Shown here piece after piece: positions 1 through 13,945 of a stretch of DNA of 64,000 nt. Under the pieces are notes generated by a model. It was not told where the DNA came from and made no database searches. It was given only the letters and a program-made list of their open reading frames with translations. The position numbers were made by a program, and so were the translations under genes. Where the stretch lies: positions 9,486,001-9,550,000 of the forward strand of contig CM119373.1 in assembly GCA_051294905.1 (NCBI GenBank). Reading direction: 5' to 3'. How positions within the stretch are numbered: the first letter of the stretch is position 1; each line of letters opens with the position of its first letter. This DNA comes from Botryllus schlosseri (taxonomy: Eukaryota).

Positions 1-443
1 TAGAGATGTTCTTTTGGTATATTTGGAAAATTCTTTTGGCCGAAATTCATTATCTCCTCTAACATGTACATGTACATAACCGCAAGGTGGATTATCTAAC
101 AGATCTTTTCCAATGGCAGAATTTATGGCCTTTGATTGTTCCGCATCAATCTTGAGCGGATGAGTCAAGATTGAGCTTTTCACTGGGCATGTTCTAATAA
201 ATCTAGGGGCGGGTTTATGCGAAACAAACAAAGATCGTAAATTCTGCCATTGGCAAACATCTGACATCAAACATCACTTGGATTTAAGAAGTCCGCTTAA
301 ATCATCATGCCGAGCACTACCTGTAATTGTTGCTTGCTGAAAAATCTCTGAATCATGCACTCGACAGTTGTCGGCTGTCGCTAGGATTCAAATCAGCTAA
401 TGCTATATGACTGAATGATATTGTAAGGTGTGTTTATCTGCAG

Positions 444-537
444 GAGACTCGTCACGTAGACATCGGTACTGGAGTATTCTGTGGTGGAGCACTGCTATCC
501 ACGAAGCATGTGATCACTGCGGCTCATTGTTTCGGCA
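444..537 (+). CDS. Gene A exon, His57 motif
   Basis: ctgcag|GAG...GGC A|gtaggt; ETRHVDIGTGVFCGGALLSTKHVITAAHCFG. Confidence 0.93.
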
Positions 538-3500
538 GTAGGTGCTATCATTCTATTTCCTCATTTGTCTTAACCTAGTGTATGGACTTTCTGGCAGTTG
601 TGAGGACAATGACCTGATTAAGAATTGGAACGCTTGATTAAGAATTGATTAAGAACCCCGAGCGCTTGACTTATTGATGAAGTTCGATATCAGGAAGTGT
701 TAATTCAAAACAAAACTCGTATCGAAAGTGGGGTAAAACAGTTACCGTATCTTTGGATGCGGAAAGGAGCACACTGTTTACAGATCGGAAAATTATGTTG
801 TTTTGACTAAAAAAGTTGATTTTCCCATCTCGACTCCCAGATGACCCACTTTATAATGATACCGCCGTAGTGTTGACTGAACAAACTCCCAAAAACCTCT
901 GGAACATCCGCATTCCCGGTTTGGGGTCATTTAAGGCGTTTTTGAGTTGTACCTGTACATTAGCCTGGCTATCGATGCTATAAATGGGGGTTGAATTTCA
1001 GTTTCTTGTGTCTTGCTTATCGCCAGCAGGCTGCGCAGCCCCAGACTGAAGCTTTCCAACGGCATCGAGCGATACTAGTGCTACAAATTTCTCTCATAAC
1101 TGGGAATACAGTTAGACTCATTCTATTAAACTATGTGTATTATCTATTTAAATATTTTATTTGTGTTTTTTGACGGGTTTATCCATATTAAAATTAAGAC
1201 ACCTAGTGTGAATATATCCTATCAACGTAATTTCAAGTTGAATGAATCTACCCGAATATATTTTACTATATGTAGATTTTCAAAATAGTCTTGGCCCCTT
1301 GGAGCTTGCTCCCAACATTCGGGGGTTTTCGGTGTGACAGTTAAGTCCGCAGAGCTGTCCATCACTACAATTTCACTAAAACATTTTCAAATGTCTTCAG
1401 AGGTATCAATCAGAGAGACAATGGTGTACGTCGGAAAGTATGTAGCGGACGCCAATGTAATAGCAAGGAGGCAACAGTCGTCTGGCATCAAAAGCATTGT
1501 CGTTCATGAAGATTACGTTCCGTCGAGCTTACATGCTGATTTCGCGATACTTACAATGAAATCCGAGTTCTATTTCTCGGCGTTTGTGAAGGTGGGATAC
1601 TGGTAATGCTCTTAGTCGAAATTTATTTGGCCACGAAAACGCTATAGGCAATTCTGCCCGGCATTTAGGAATAGGAATAGGTCGTAATGTATTTTTGTCC
1701 TTGATGTTTTTGCGGCATACACACCGACGAATGATATACACATTACACACACACACACGATCTGTGCATGCATACAATGAGTGTTTGATATGCATATGAT
1801 GCTGGACAAGGAAGGCATTATAAGTCTTTCATTACCTCTCCATGCTATCCCGGAATACCGATCGCCATGTTGGGAAGCCACAGATGCAAGATTTACAGCA
1901 TGTCTTTGGTGAGACCCGGCCTCGGATCGAACCCATGACCTAATACTGATCAAGAAACTGGACGCTCCTCAATCACGCTATCTTGTCATTTCCAATTCCG
2001 CTGCAGTCCTAGTTCCTGGTACCACCACGGCGGTACACGCCGTTGCCATGGATAACTATGTGGCGGGTGTAACCATGAAGGGGCTACAGCAGTGGTTCCC
2101 AAACTTTTTGCCACATCTCGTTGTTTCCAAGTAGTGTCTCTCGGTTACGCCTTTTATTTCAGTAAAAACGGAAAAAAACATGATCACATACGCATTAAAG
2201 TGGAAATGACAATAAAATTTTGGTTGCACTTGTGATGGAACAGGAAGAAGACGTCCAAAAGTTTTCGTGAAAACAGCGTTTCAAAAAATGAAGCGTTTCG
2301 TAAATCAATGTGCTCTTCTTCTGCAAACGATTGCTTGATTTTTGGTTTTTAATTGGATTGGCTACCCTCCTATATTTGTTTACAGCAAATCGTGAGTTTC
2401 GAAGTGCAAGTTGAATTCCAGACAATGCGCTCATGATTTGCGACACGATTCCTTGTTCATGAGTCGAATTGAAACGAATCAAAAGTATTTTATCCAGACA
2501 CAACAGCACAATTATGGCGTGGATATTACCCTATTCACTGGCAATGTCTGATGGGTTTAATGGACATGGTCTCATGTGCTTATTTATCAGCATTGCAAGT
2601 CGCATTATGCTTGTCTGGGTGCCTTATCTTCAATATTATACAGTGTTCTTCCAAAATCTCAGTAATACTCGCAGCACGCATTGGAATCTGTTACGGCACA
2701 CAGTTTGGGAATCACAGGGTTGCAGCTTGCAGGGTATTATATATTGTCTTTGAGAAGGAGTCACGATTCAGGGAAGTTGATTGAAGTAACTACAGAAACT
2801 CCTTGCCTTATGACTGATTTTAATTCTCAGCTGGGGCTCTAATTTTGTCTTTCAGCCCGTCTGTCTTGCTGATCCTCAAGATAAGAACGACGACATAACA
2901 CCGCGTTCTGTACCAGGAAGACCGACCAAATACGGTGTCGTGTATGGCTGGGGGCTCACAGAGGGCGGTGCAGAAGCAAAGCAGATGCGCGAAGTAAGTC
3001 ACTTATCCGCAGATGTGGTCAGTCGCGAAGTACGCTAGTTTATTGGTTTGATAGACTTGTACTGTGTACAGGGGCTGCCCTTTTTTCGCTTATTGTCTAT
3101 GGAAAGTGTTTTTTCGATGCAATTTTTGTCACTGTAGTGATCTAGGCCTCTTTTGACAACCAAATCTGATAAGAATCGATACAAAAACCTGAAGGTATGA
3201 TTTTTGTTCGTTTTATGCGATCAACAACGATTACTACAGTGTAGTGTGCAGGTGTAACCCATTTATCACACGCAGGTACAGCGTTTTCAATGTGTTGTCT
3301 TATTTTTATGGGTTTAACTCATCTCAAAGAAATGGGTCAAAACTTTTTTGTTATCTGAGTAAGGAGTATCATGGAGAAAATGTATTTATTCGATAAATTG
3401 GAAAATTGTCGATTTTTCACTGTGATAAACCCATAGGGGCAGACCCCTCACTTATACACAAGAACGGACCTTTTAATCAGCATCTTAAGATAAATTGACC

Positions 3501-6500
3501 ATCAAATTTTCAAGTTGATCGTGTGATTACTGCTCCCTCAAAAGGATTCATGCCTTTCAAGGTATGAAAAACCGAAGTTTCTAGAAATAAAAGACATTTT
3601 AATTTCTTAACATGTAAATGTCTCAGTACTACTCTGAAAACGTCAGTTTCAACACCGCTTGTGCACTAAAACGGCCCAGCAGAATAGGTTTTCCTTTTCC
3701 TTTCCAGTCATCAATTTACCTAGACCGTGCGTTGCCTATTTGGCTAATAACACAATAATCGGACAGGTGGCAGACATTATGCCTCGGGACAGATGGCAGC
3801 AAATGAAAACATACCTACATTTCAATGATAGTATAATACAGGCAAAGATTTTTAAATTCGGTCAGTGCCGGTGATTAATGATCTACTTTCCAATTTTCAA
3901 AATTTTGACGGACAGTGAGTAATATAGCCAGTTTCATTCATGCCACAACCTTAGTTAGTGTGTATCCAATAGATGGGCGGGTACGATTCTCACATATTTA
4001 GCGACATCACGGTCAAAATTAAGCCTAAAAATCCAATGATTTGACGAACTTGGACCAAGACGGGGCTCATGCACTTTCGGTCTCAAAACCGATTTTCTCC
4101 GCAAGGCCGCAGCAGTGAGTTTGGTCCGAAAGCCCCACAGGTCAGTCGATTAGTCGGCCCGTCTCCAGAATACAAATTAGGTACCGGTTCGTCAAATTTG
4201 TGATACATAGGCAAGGCATATCCAATCCTTTAAAGATGCAGGAAAATTAAAAATGACATCTGATAGAACAAATATCAACAAAAAATGATTTTTGAAAGTT
4301 TTCCATTTCGAGGGGTAGCCTATCCCCTAGCCTAGAGCATGACTATGAAACGATCAATTGATTTTCCGCTTAATTTGGACAAAAGTCAGCTGACAAAAGT
4401 GTTCGGATTAAGCGGAGTCTACTTGTAGTAGTAACAATGCCATAAATTCCGAGAATTTCTAAAGTTATAACTTATTACCGCAATTCCTTTATTATGTCAT
4501 GGATATTATATATATATATATATCATCGATTGTGCTTCATCGTCCGATATTTATATAGCGATGCAAGTCTATCGATAACTTCATTTTACTTCACAAAATC
4601 TTAGTAGTTTGACTTCAAAAATGTTGAAAAAGAAGTCGACACACTATAAAAAATAGCCACTTATGCCATGATCAGTGATCACTAAATGATAAATAATTTC
4701 AAACGTTCAGGCCATCATTCCAATCATAAAATCGAAGCAGTGTGAACGCCATTACCAGAAAGGCGCAATCACCAACCTCATGTTCTGTGCGGGCGGCGGA
4801 AAACACGGAGATGCCTGCAAGGGAGATTCCGGCGGTCCGTTTACTTTGTGGAGGTATACTATTTGCGATCGGATTTCATGCATCTATAGTCTGTATCTAT
4901 TTGTAGCCGCAGTAGTTCAATTGTCACGCCCATTGGTCTAATACAGTGCTTTTCAACCTTCTTGAGCTTCATTCGCACTTTTTTTGTGAAAGAAATTTCA
5001 TTCGCACAAAATAACCGAAAATTGTTATACAAAAAAGAGCAGAAAATACAACATTTATTCGTTCAGATGTTCAACGAATTGGCTATACTATGTATAGGCT
5101 ATCTTAAGCTAGCAAGTGTCTCATTAAAAAGGCCACTATTTTCGCTCGTTTTGATTCACTAAAAACCTTCTCGGCCAAACAAGTTGTTGGGTTTTTTACA
5201 AGAACGTCTACTAAAGTGCTTGTATGGCCAGGTCTTAAAATGTGTTCTGAACTCCTATCCCAAATACAACGTATTTTTCACGAGTGAGAAACACTTGCTG
5301 GAAGAAATCGTTTTGAGAGCTGACAAAAAGATGTAGGAGGCGCCAGTATGCCGAAAGGGTGAAAAATCCACTTGTTTGCGTTGAGGCCTTTTCCATATGT
5401 CTTGGAAAATAAGGTCCAAACGATCAAAGAAAGTAGGCACTTCAGAGCTCGCTACCTCATGATACGTTGGTCCAACTTTTTTTTTCGATTTCCCATTTTC
5501 TGTCTCGCGAGTATGTGGGAAAAGCAAATAAATTCACGATACTGTGTGTTCTGCTCTTTAGCTCAATCTAACTTGGGAATTCATAACAGTTTGATAACGA
5601 GCAGCATTTTAGCCTACCACCAAAATCTGAGTTTTTGTGGCATTTCGCGACCTGAGCCTCACCCACGAAAATAAATCTATTTTTAATATTACAGTATAGT
5701 AGACTATGCTATGATTTTACGGACATGTATGACTTACAGAACGCGCATACCACAATTATATCCAACAAAGCTCTACAAAATATGTTTGACGCGCGCGATT
5801 TCAAATAAGGGTGAATTAAATTCCTCTGCGTGACGCAGTTGTACTACTATCTACTCAGATTGCAAGAACGGGACTATTGCGTGCCGACAACGGAGCATAT
5901 CCATATCGAATGGTTTGGCCATCCAGCATCGGTCATTTTTGGCCAAAGTTTTGTCGACGCTTATGTTTTGGCACCGCATTTTATCAGCAGTGTGTTGGCC
6001 AAAACTTTACGTCTTCATGTGACCCGATGCAGAAGGGGTTGGCCTCTAAATGAATGAGTCACATAGACCTGAAATCGCTCGTTGCTTATCCCTAGTCCCT
6101 ACACTAGTTCGTCTCAACGGTCTTGGACCATGATTTCCAGAAAAAAAACTGTAGGTCAAATCTTATCATGAATTCTCTCAATAAAGCCATATTTTCTGCT
6201 TGTCTCGCTCATTGGCTACAGTGCGCAACCGTGACCTCATAAATTTGTAAAAACTATCGCAGGATTTTTTGCAATAAATTCGACAAATATTACATAGATA
6301 CAGGTAGGTCTGGCACCGCGTCGACCCAAAATTATAGCCTTTGCGGTCCATACTTTAATAACCCTTGAAGGGGTAAAATTTGCGTTACAGTAACTTGCAA
6401 ATGTGAGTCTGTAATGATGGTATTTACTACTATCCTCGTGCCTCGCACATATCGAACAGTTATTACGAAAGTATGATGACTGTTTACCGAAAGAAAGCAG

Positions 6501-9250
6501 AAAGTCAATTAGACGTCATTTTTTCAGCCTGTCGCAGGCTCAGACGGACTGCTTGTATGTCTGCCACTACACAAACTTGCATGCCAGGCTTTTGGTTACG
6601 TAATAATTATAGTGCGAAAATATTAATTCACTACGGCTTGCGATAGCTACGATTAGTCGCGCGTAATAAGTTAAACAAGTTTTTACAATTGCGTCGCAAC
6701 AACACAAGTTACACTGCCCTTGAATTTCCTATTAGGTTTATTTATTATTCCAGGTCAGAAAAATTAACAAATATTTTTCACGATTTTCATTCGCACTCAT
6801 CCGGGATTTACATTCGCACTATTCGCACCACCTTCGTCATTCGCACTCATCCGGGATTTTCATTCGCACCATTCGCACCACCTTCGTCATTCGCACTGCA
6901 ATTTTTTTCATTCGCACAAGTGCGAACCGTCACACAGGTTGAAAAGCACTGGTCTAATAGACTGGTGGGTCTGGTTCGATTCAAGCTTGCTGTCCTCAGC
7001 CACGGAAGCGCAACTGCAGTAAGGGCATCCCAGTTGCACCCGGATGGGCATCAGAAGTGAAGCTTCGGCCAAGTCAGCACAAATATGCTGTGACCCTATA
7101 TACCCCTGTGCCGAATCGGAGCTGAACTTGTCTGCCCTTACTTACAGAGTGTGAAATCGGTTTTCCTTACTACCGACTCTAGTCATTTACGATATGCCGA
7201 CTCTGATTCCAACTCCAGAAACTTAAGACCGGGGGTTCTCGAACAGTGGCCGCAGGAGAATTTTGAGGGGGCTACAGAGCTATTTGTAAAGCTGTAGAAT
7301 TAGTGTAAGTTTAGGTATACTTGTTATGTTATTCGCTCAAAAATATATTCACATTATCGAACTATACGTCGGCCACATAAAGATTCTCATCCAACTGAGA
7401 TTAGACGTATTGGCACGTAAGGAGTCACAATGTACAAATCGAAAATGCGAGGGGGAAGCGACGGTACAATATAAAACTTTTTAACGGCTCTTTTTAATAA
7501 CTTCTAAAAACATTTGGTTTTATTATATAGTTGTTGGAATCGGAGTCAGGCGCACTTTAACAATCTACGACGCCAGCCAGCATATATTTTCCCGAACTCT
7601 GAATCCAAAGGGTGTTAGAAAATTTCTATCACGCCAACTCCATCCAGAGATAATTTAATGAAACTCCGACTCCGACTTTACGGCCCCGTTTGCTTGGAAT
7701 TTAGTTTCGATTATGGTTCTTGCATATGTCTTCACTGTTCATATCTCATCGCTAGTGAGGACTAAAGAAAGTCCGTATTTTGGGTCACGAAAATATGGTA
7801 ACCCTATGCCACGGGTGGAAAACTTTTTAGCTGGCTTCGGCTATATGGAAATAGCATTCCACGGGGCAAGAATTAGCTGATATGAATGAGCGTATTGCCT
7901 TGACGTGCAATGACCCAGACACTGCCAAGACCAAGTCGATTCCCCACATGATCAAGCATTACAAGGACGTAGTTTCCAGCAAGTACCGTGTTTAGCTAAC
8001 CCCAATATCGATTCTTTAGCCGTCGCTGAGAAGTGTTGTCAGGTATCGTGCTCGCTTATAGTTAAAATCAGAATGAAAGTGATGATAATGATATTTTTTG
8101 TTGTATTTGTATTTCTTTATTAAGATATTATTTCTATTGTTGTAACCATGCCCGACGCCTATGTTGGAGAGCTCAGTGTTGTACTGGTGTAAAGTTATAA
8201 AGACGTGGTGGTTAATCTGTGTGGCCTATTTTATCTCGATGTTGAATTCGTGCGGCCTGTACGAAATTTGAAAAGTGGCCCGCGACCCGTAATGAGTTGG
8301 CGACCCCTGGTCTATAATATTGGTTATTGTATATATCGCTAATAAATTTCTCTTCTTCTTTCAATCCACGTGATCAGATATATTGGTAAAGCTGATCGAG
8401 GGTGGTAGTACCTTCAGATAGCAAGCGAAATACCATTCCGCGTCTATGGACAATGGACAATAAACAATTGACATATATGTATTGAGGGTTTCGTACAACA
8501 TGCAGTGCCCATTTTCGGACAAGGTTTTATTTGCTAACACACTTCGCGAAGTTGCATGTTGGCTGAAACTTCTGAAATCTTGGTTTATCGTGGGGCGATA
8601 ATGGCCGGCGCTGAAATGTCTAATAAAAATATTGATGCGTATATTATTCCTTGAGGCACTACCACTACCCATATTAAAAAGAGACACCTGCTTGCCTTAA
8701 ATCGCGCAATGCGCGAATAAACTTCCGAAGTTGTAGGTAACCCCCTGTTATTTATGTTGATCTGCGAAATAATTTTGGGCCCCCGTCGAGCTTGGCTTGG
8801 CTTGGGGTGCGGCAGTTACGGCCCTGGTAAGTATAAAACTTATCATTATCATGTTGAAATATATATTAAGAAAAAGTTTAATCGAGTTGCCACAGTAATT
8901 AGTACGCATTTTATCACTAGTATACCAACATTTCTTGAGGCTTTCGCAGGCCGCACAAAACGGTCTTGCGAGCCGTAGTTGGCCAACGTAGTTTATCAAA
9001 TTGTTATTACTTGACTATGCCACTACACCACTCTAGTCACAAAAACCCAGCAGTAATTTTATAGGTTGTTGCAAATTTAACGCTATTACCTATTTCTAGC
9101 AAAAGAAAAAACAGATGGTTCGTTGGCGGCCTGGTGTCGAAGGGGCAAATGTGCAAGGGAGGACAACAAGGCACAAAACCCGGCGTGTATGCCAAACTAG
9201 GAAGGGGTGTGAGGAAGTGGATTTATCAGATCACCGAAATTGAAATGTAA
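444..9250 (+). CDS. Gene A: 3' part of a trypsin-like (S1A) serine protease, spliced; 5' exons not seen in the window
   Basis: Exons 444-537, 1401-1591, 2856-2993, 4711-4853, 9100-9250 have AG/GT boundaries and compatible phases (717 nt = 238 aa + TAA). Motifs: CGGALLSTKHVITAAHC (His57), HADFAIL (Asp102), PVCL (Cys122), VYGWG, DACKGDSGGP (Asp189/Ser195), GLVSKG, PGVYA. Confidence 0.95.
1401..1591 (+). CDS. Gene A exon, Asp102 motif
   Basis: ttcag|AG...AAG|gtggga; VSIRETMVYVGKY...VHEDYVPSSLHADFAILTMKSEFYFSAFVK (inside track ORF 1334..1606). Confidence 0.93.
2856..2993 (+). CDS. Gene A exon, PVCL...GWG
   Basis: ctttcag|CCC...GAA|gtaagt; PVCLADPQDKNDDITPRSVPGRPTKYGVVYGWGLTEGGAEAKQMRE. Confidence 0.93.
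4711..4853 (+). CDS. Gene A exon, Ser195 motif
   Basis: gttcag|GCC...TGG AG|gtatac; AIIPIIKSKQCERHYQKGAITNLMFCAGGGKHGDACKGDSGGPFTLW. Confidence 0.95.
4944..6951. mobile_element. Non-autonomous hAT (Buster/Charlie-type) element, 2008 bp, in the last intron of gene A
   Basis: 16-bp TIR CAGTGCTTTTCAACCT; 8-bp TSD GTCTAATA (4936-4943, 6952-6959); ATTCGCAC subterminal repeats; no transposase ORF. Confidence 0.93.
9100..9250 (+). CDS. Gene A terminal coding exon
   Basis: tttctag|C AAA...ATG TAA; KRKNRWFVGGLVSKGQMCKGGQQGTKPGVYAKLGRGVRKWIYQITEIEM*. Confidence 0.93.
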
Positions 9251-9319
9251 ATCCTTAAAAATACACGCAATCACGCATGCGGTGTTTTGTCAATGTGTTT
9301 TCAATCACGAATGAATATG

Positions 9320-9325
9320 AATAAA
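9320..9325 (+). terminator. Candidate polyadenylation signal of gene A
   Basis: AATAAA about 70 nt after the TAA stop. Confidence 0.45.
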
Positions 9326-11420
9326 TGGGATGGCTTGACGGCTATTTGAACGATTCGCGGAACATTAGTATTCTGATCAAACAGTTACTTGGACTTCGTT
9401 AGTGTGTGTAATAGCGTTCAGAAGCTACTACTCGATTGTGCTACATGAGAGGTGTACATGATTAGGAGCTTTGTTTCAGACCGTACAGGAATGCGTTTTT
9501 TCCGAAATGGGATTGGGTCTGGTACTCTGGATTCATATGATTTTCCCGAGTTTCGAATCAGGACATAATTATGAATCTTTAATTCAGAAAAGTGTCTGTA
9601 TTAGTTTAGCTCGATACTTTTATTGGAGTTGGACACCGTAATTTAGATATCCGTGCTGTCTCTAACAAATTATTATCGATGACAGGCCATATAGATGCTC
9701 AGCCTTGAGCTCGATTCATGCGAATCAAGATCGGTATTGAGAGAGCATACGAGTCACGGAAATAGGGTTGCATTTAAAACAATTTTTTTTTCGAAGTTGT
9801 ATAATTATGCCATAACTGTGTAAATACTTTCCAAAACACATGTTGTATGAGCCTACGGACGACTACCACCCTATATAGCCAACGAATGCGATATGGGAAG
9901 GTTGGAACTCTCAAAATAGTTGGTTCAGCAGCTAGACTTATAGTAGCCTACGTCAAATGAGCTATATTTACCCTATGTTTTCATTTGTGAATGTCAGTCC
10001 ACTATGACGTCAAAATTGTATATTCGTGATGTCATGGCTTTACAATTTTTTTTTAACCGGACTGCGGTGAATTGCCCCGTAGGCTAATGCACCACGTGGT
10101 CACGAGAAAGCATTTCCCTTATAATGGTTATGATACTGCAGCAGTGACGATGTAACTTCATGACGATTACAGATCTAGGAAGAAAATGTATTTAATCAGG
10201 CGTGGCTCAATCTGAATTATGATTGTGGGCCGGACCTTTTGATTACTCGCGGCTTGACCAGTCAATGCTACCTCAGAAGTCAGAATCATTTTAATGTTTC
10301 AGTGACACACCTCATCAAGTCTATTACAATGAGATAAATAGCCTAATCGTTAAAGGTCTAGTCTAGCAAACTGTTTTTGTAAGCGACGAAATTAATAAAG
10401 ACACAATATAGATTGGCCACCACTGACACCACTGAAACAGTGGCTCTTGACCCGTGGATCACAATAATATAGCCTAAGTTCATTCTGCTATTATATGCTT
10501 CCTTTGTTTTAATCGTGATGGGCTGTGATGAGAGAAATAGAATAGATATCCCTGTACTCTATAAATGTATTTACTGAATATTCTGACGCGTTAGTCGTAG
10601 GCTATCGATTGCTTTTTCGCTAAGCAAATACAGCCAACCTTTGGCTATTTTTCTGTCTGCTGTCTGGCATATAGGGTAGAGTTGCCATACGTCCGGAATT
10701 TCCCGGACATGTCCGGAATTTCACTGTTCAAACTAGCGTCCGGGAGGAATTTCTAAAATATGCCAAATGTCCGGAATTTTGAAGGCTTGACGTAGGCTCA
10801 TAATTTTTTCGTTAACTAACATGAAAACTTTATTTTTGGGAATATTTATGCTGATGCATGATATTTTTCTTCGCGTTGCGCGCGATTTACCATCACACCT
10901 AATGATTTTTATATGGGGACTACCACCCTCACAAAAAGTGCCATAAAATGTAAATAAAACAACCTTCATTTATTGGAATAAGCCTAATTGTAATCGCAAT
11001 TATGGGAGAGCGGTATATTCCTGGAGATCGTTAAGGCCGTTTAAATGTTTTATTCAGTTATATATAGTGGTTCCAAACTTGGCGGTCGTTTGCCTTCATT
11101 CTGGGGTTCGCGAATATGTTGAACGTAATCAGCTTTCAAAATAGCCCGTGAGTATAAGTCTGGGCAAAAGGTGCTGACTTCTTTTAGTAATCAGCTCGTC
11201 AAATTTTGATCCGGGCCACGGAACATTTTCAAATTGGTGATGGAGTCGCTAGCATGAAAGGTTGGAAACCACGGGATGTGGGGTGGTTATAACTCTCCGT
11301 GGTGCGCACCACCATAAGGCTGATAAACAATCTTATCGGTGGGACCTGGGACGTGAACATGACGTAACAATGTACGATTACGCTCACTGTATTTTCGAAC
11401 TCATCATCCTCCACCAGCTC

Positions 11421-12212
11421 CAGGGTTGCCAGACATCTTTTGCGAAAAAGGGCCAAACAGCGCCGGAAAAACGGCCAAATTGTTCAATAACGTCAATAAC
11501 GTTGCAACATTACCCATAGACACCTGGAATTCCAGTTTTATATTGTTGATACTGTTGTAGGACACCAAATCCACTACCTGCAACTATACACTGGATCCAA
11601 CTACAATAACTGCTTCATTATTTCAAGCCTTTTCCGACTGAATATAAAATCGTAAAATAAAACTTTTTGTGCTATATGAGAGTGATTAAATTTTATGAAT
11701 TTTAATTAAACATTGAGAGAATAGTTTCTTTACATTTGAAACTTATCCAACTTATATACCTAATTTTTACGTTTTTCACCAAAAAAACTCTGCGGTTATA
11801 TGTTGCATTCTTTTCTTTGAAATTTCTGTCAATCATTAAGTACTATAAGGGTGCTCTTCTTCAGACTTTTTCTGCTACATAGCTTCCATCTATGTTCGAT
11901 GCTTTTTCGTCCACCTGTTCACAAATCTGTATTTACAATCCCAACACAGTCTACATTATACAAAAACAAATCGAAATCTTCTACAGTGTTTCCACTCGAA
12001 TCTTTGACATTGGCATATACATTGTCAGCTCAATTTGCGAGATAGATTTATTTGAATACGTAGTTTGACGGTATGTCTCAACTGCTTCCAAAAAGGACCA
12101 AAAATTGAAAATAGAGGGCCAAGGGGCCAAACTATTATTTTGGGGCCAACTGTCTCTAAAAAGGGCCAAATTTAACGAATTTGGCCCCGAAAGGGCCAAT
12201 CTGGCAACCCTG
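11421..12212. mobile_element. hAT (Tip100-like ends) MITE, 792 bp
   Basis: TIR CAGGGTTGCCAG; TSD ACCAGCTC on both sides; AAAGGGCCAA subterminal repeats. Confidence 0.9.
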
Positions 12213-12746
12213 ACCAGCTCTACCGCTAACTCTGATCATGTGGGCGGAGAGTATAGTAATTAGTAACTATATAGTAATATATGGAACAGTCAATATTATT
12301 GACAAGATTCATTCAAAAAATTTAGAGACCAGATGCATATAGCAACCAGATTCATATAGCGAGCCTCCCCCGAAATTGCATCTAATACCCTATGGTGGGC
12401 TCAAAATCATTGTTTATTTGGGTGGAAAGGGGCTGAAAATGTGGTTTTAGTCCTGGTTACACAGCCACATACTCCTGAACTGGATCGTGACCACCTCTGG
12501 TCTATAAGCAAAGCATTCCTAGTGTAACGTCATAACTCATTTTGAAATCCTCTAGTGGGCGCTAAAGAGTGTTCGAAATTTGTGTCACAGAAATATGGTA
12601 ACCCTAATATAGGGTCGATTCTGAGTTTGCATAATAATAGGGAACGAATTAGAATTTTTGTTATTAAAATCAAATCACAACGCACAGGCATTTGATACAT
12701 GGAAATTTGGACATAAATGTCTTAACTGTATAGTGTATATCCATAC

Positions 12747-13166
12747 TAGAGGTCGACCGATATTGATTTTTACAGGCCGATACCGATACCGATATTTCGA
12801 CGCTCACAAGGCCGATAACCGATATCATAGGCCGATATTAATATGGAAGGAGCAGAGAACTATTTCGCCAAAAATATTATATATTAGGCAAGGTGGCACT
12901 TGTTCATGCCACAGAAAGGTGAACAACAAACGAGAAAACTGAAATCGAAAAGACTTATTGCTTAATTGTGAACATTCGTTGAAATTTGGGATAACCCGAA
13001 AATCAAAACATGATACAGAATTGCAGATCAGTTCAGAAAAGGTAGATTGTAGTTAGATATAAAATATCGGTCGCGATATCGGCCTACATTGGCCGATACC
13101 GATATTCGAGAAAGTTCGAAATATCGGCGCCGATAATCGGCCAAGCCGATAATCGGTCGACCTCTA
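12747..13166. mobile_element. hAT (Ac-type) MITE, 420 bp
   Basis: TIR TAGAGGTCGACCGAT; TSD ATCCATAC; CCGATA subterminal repeats. Confidence 0.92.
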
Positions 13167-13259
13167 ATCCATACCATCGTTAATTGTTGAATGCAAAACT
13201 AAATAAATATTTCAGGCTAAAACAGTTCGCGTATAAAATCATTAAAAACGGGATGTTTT

Positions 13260-13945
13260 GCGGGATTTTCTTTTGTACTCTACATCAACATCCCGCATTA
13301 AGGCCCGAACATAATCTCACATCATGCTTTCACAATATTGCCCTTGGTATCTCCTTTCGAAATATTTTATGTCTTGGCGCAATCGCTCCCCTTGTTCTTT
13401 TGAATAAGCTCCCATACTCGTCCAAGGGAGCATAAAGCATAGTTTTACGGACATTTTGCACCTCATGTTTCCATACGACTTAAACAAATTGGCAACAAGT
13501 TCGGCACAGTTATTTTCCTTATTATTGCTCAAGAACCCATTCACCACATCTGCAAAGCTATCCCAAGCGTTCTTTTCAACATCATTAAGCATTTGGATAA
13601 AATCACTCGACTTGAGAATCTTTTTTAAATTTGTGGGTCAATAAATACATAAGCTTTCACTTTAACTTCTGACAGTTTATGAAACAAGTTCTGGAGAAAC
13701 TTTAATGCGTCACCACCTTTATCCAATGCTATCACGAATTGCTTTATAAGGCCAAGTTTTATGTGAAGGTGAGGCTTAAACACTGTGTTTGGGTTAATCA
13801 ACCGAGTTTGCTTTTCTACAACAACAAATTCGTTTTGTTTTGACCATATTTGCTTTTTGTAAGTGTTCTGTGGTAGCCCTACTATCCCAAAGGCAAAGAT
13901 GCCAAGGATACTTGGTGAGCTCTTCTCCCTTTGCATACCCATCAA
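13260..13945 (-). pseudogene. Degenerate DNA transposase C-terminal half (CMC/Chapaev-like by inference)
   Basis: Frameshifted pieces HLHIKLGLIKQFVIALDK, AWDSFADVVNGFLSN, MGAYSKEQGERLRQDIKYFERRYQG, MM*DYVRALMRD...YKRKS match a recognisable transposase C-terminus; subfamily assignment is from memory; termini not found. Confidence 0.7.

Noticed and set aside
841-950. Open stretch after CTCCCAG (DPLYNDTAVVLTEQ...) as an extra gene A exon
   Set aside because: No good donor, no protease similarity, and exons 444-537 and 1401-1591 already join in phase as in gene B.
2088-4410. Isolated transposon ends (CAGTGGTTCCC at about 2088, Tigger-like end near 4400) and the ATATGGTAACCCTA ends at about 7795, 12595 and 29948
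   Set aside because: No partner TIR or TSD could be matched, so boundaries cannot be supported.
6780-6900. Regular short repeats resembling a CRISPR array (also 36540-36630 and 56755-56920)
   Set aside because: Eukaryotic context, no unique spacers, no cas genes; most sit just inside transposon TIRs.
6961-7025. AG...GTAAGG-flanked segment TGGSGSIQACCPQPRKRNC as an exon
   Set aside because: It lies between the Ser and terminal exons, which join directly (phase 2); its phase is incompatible.
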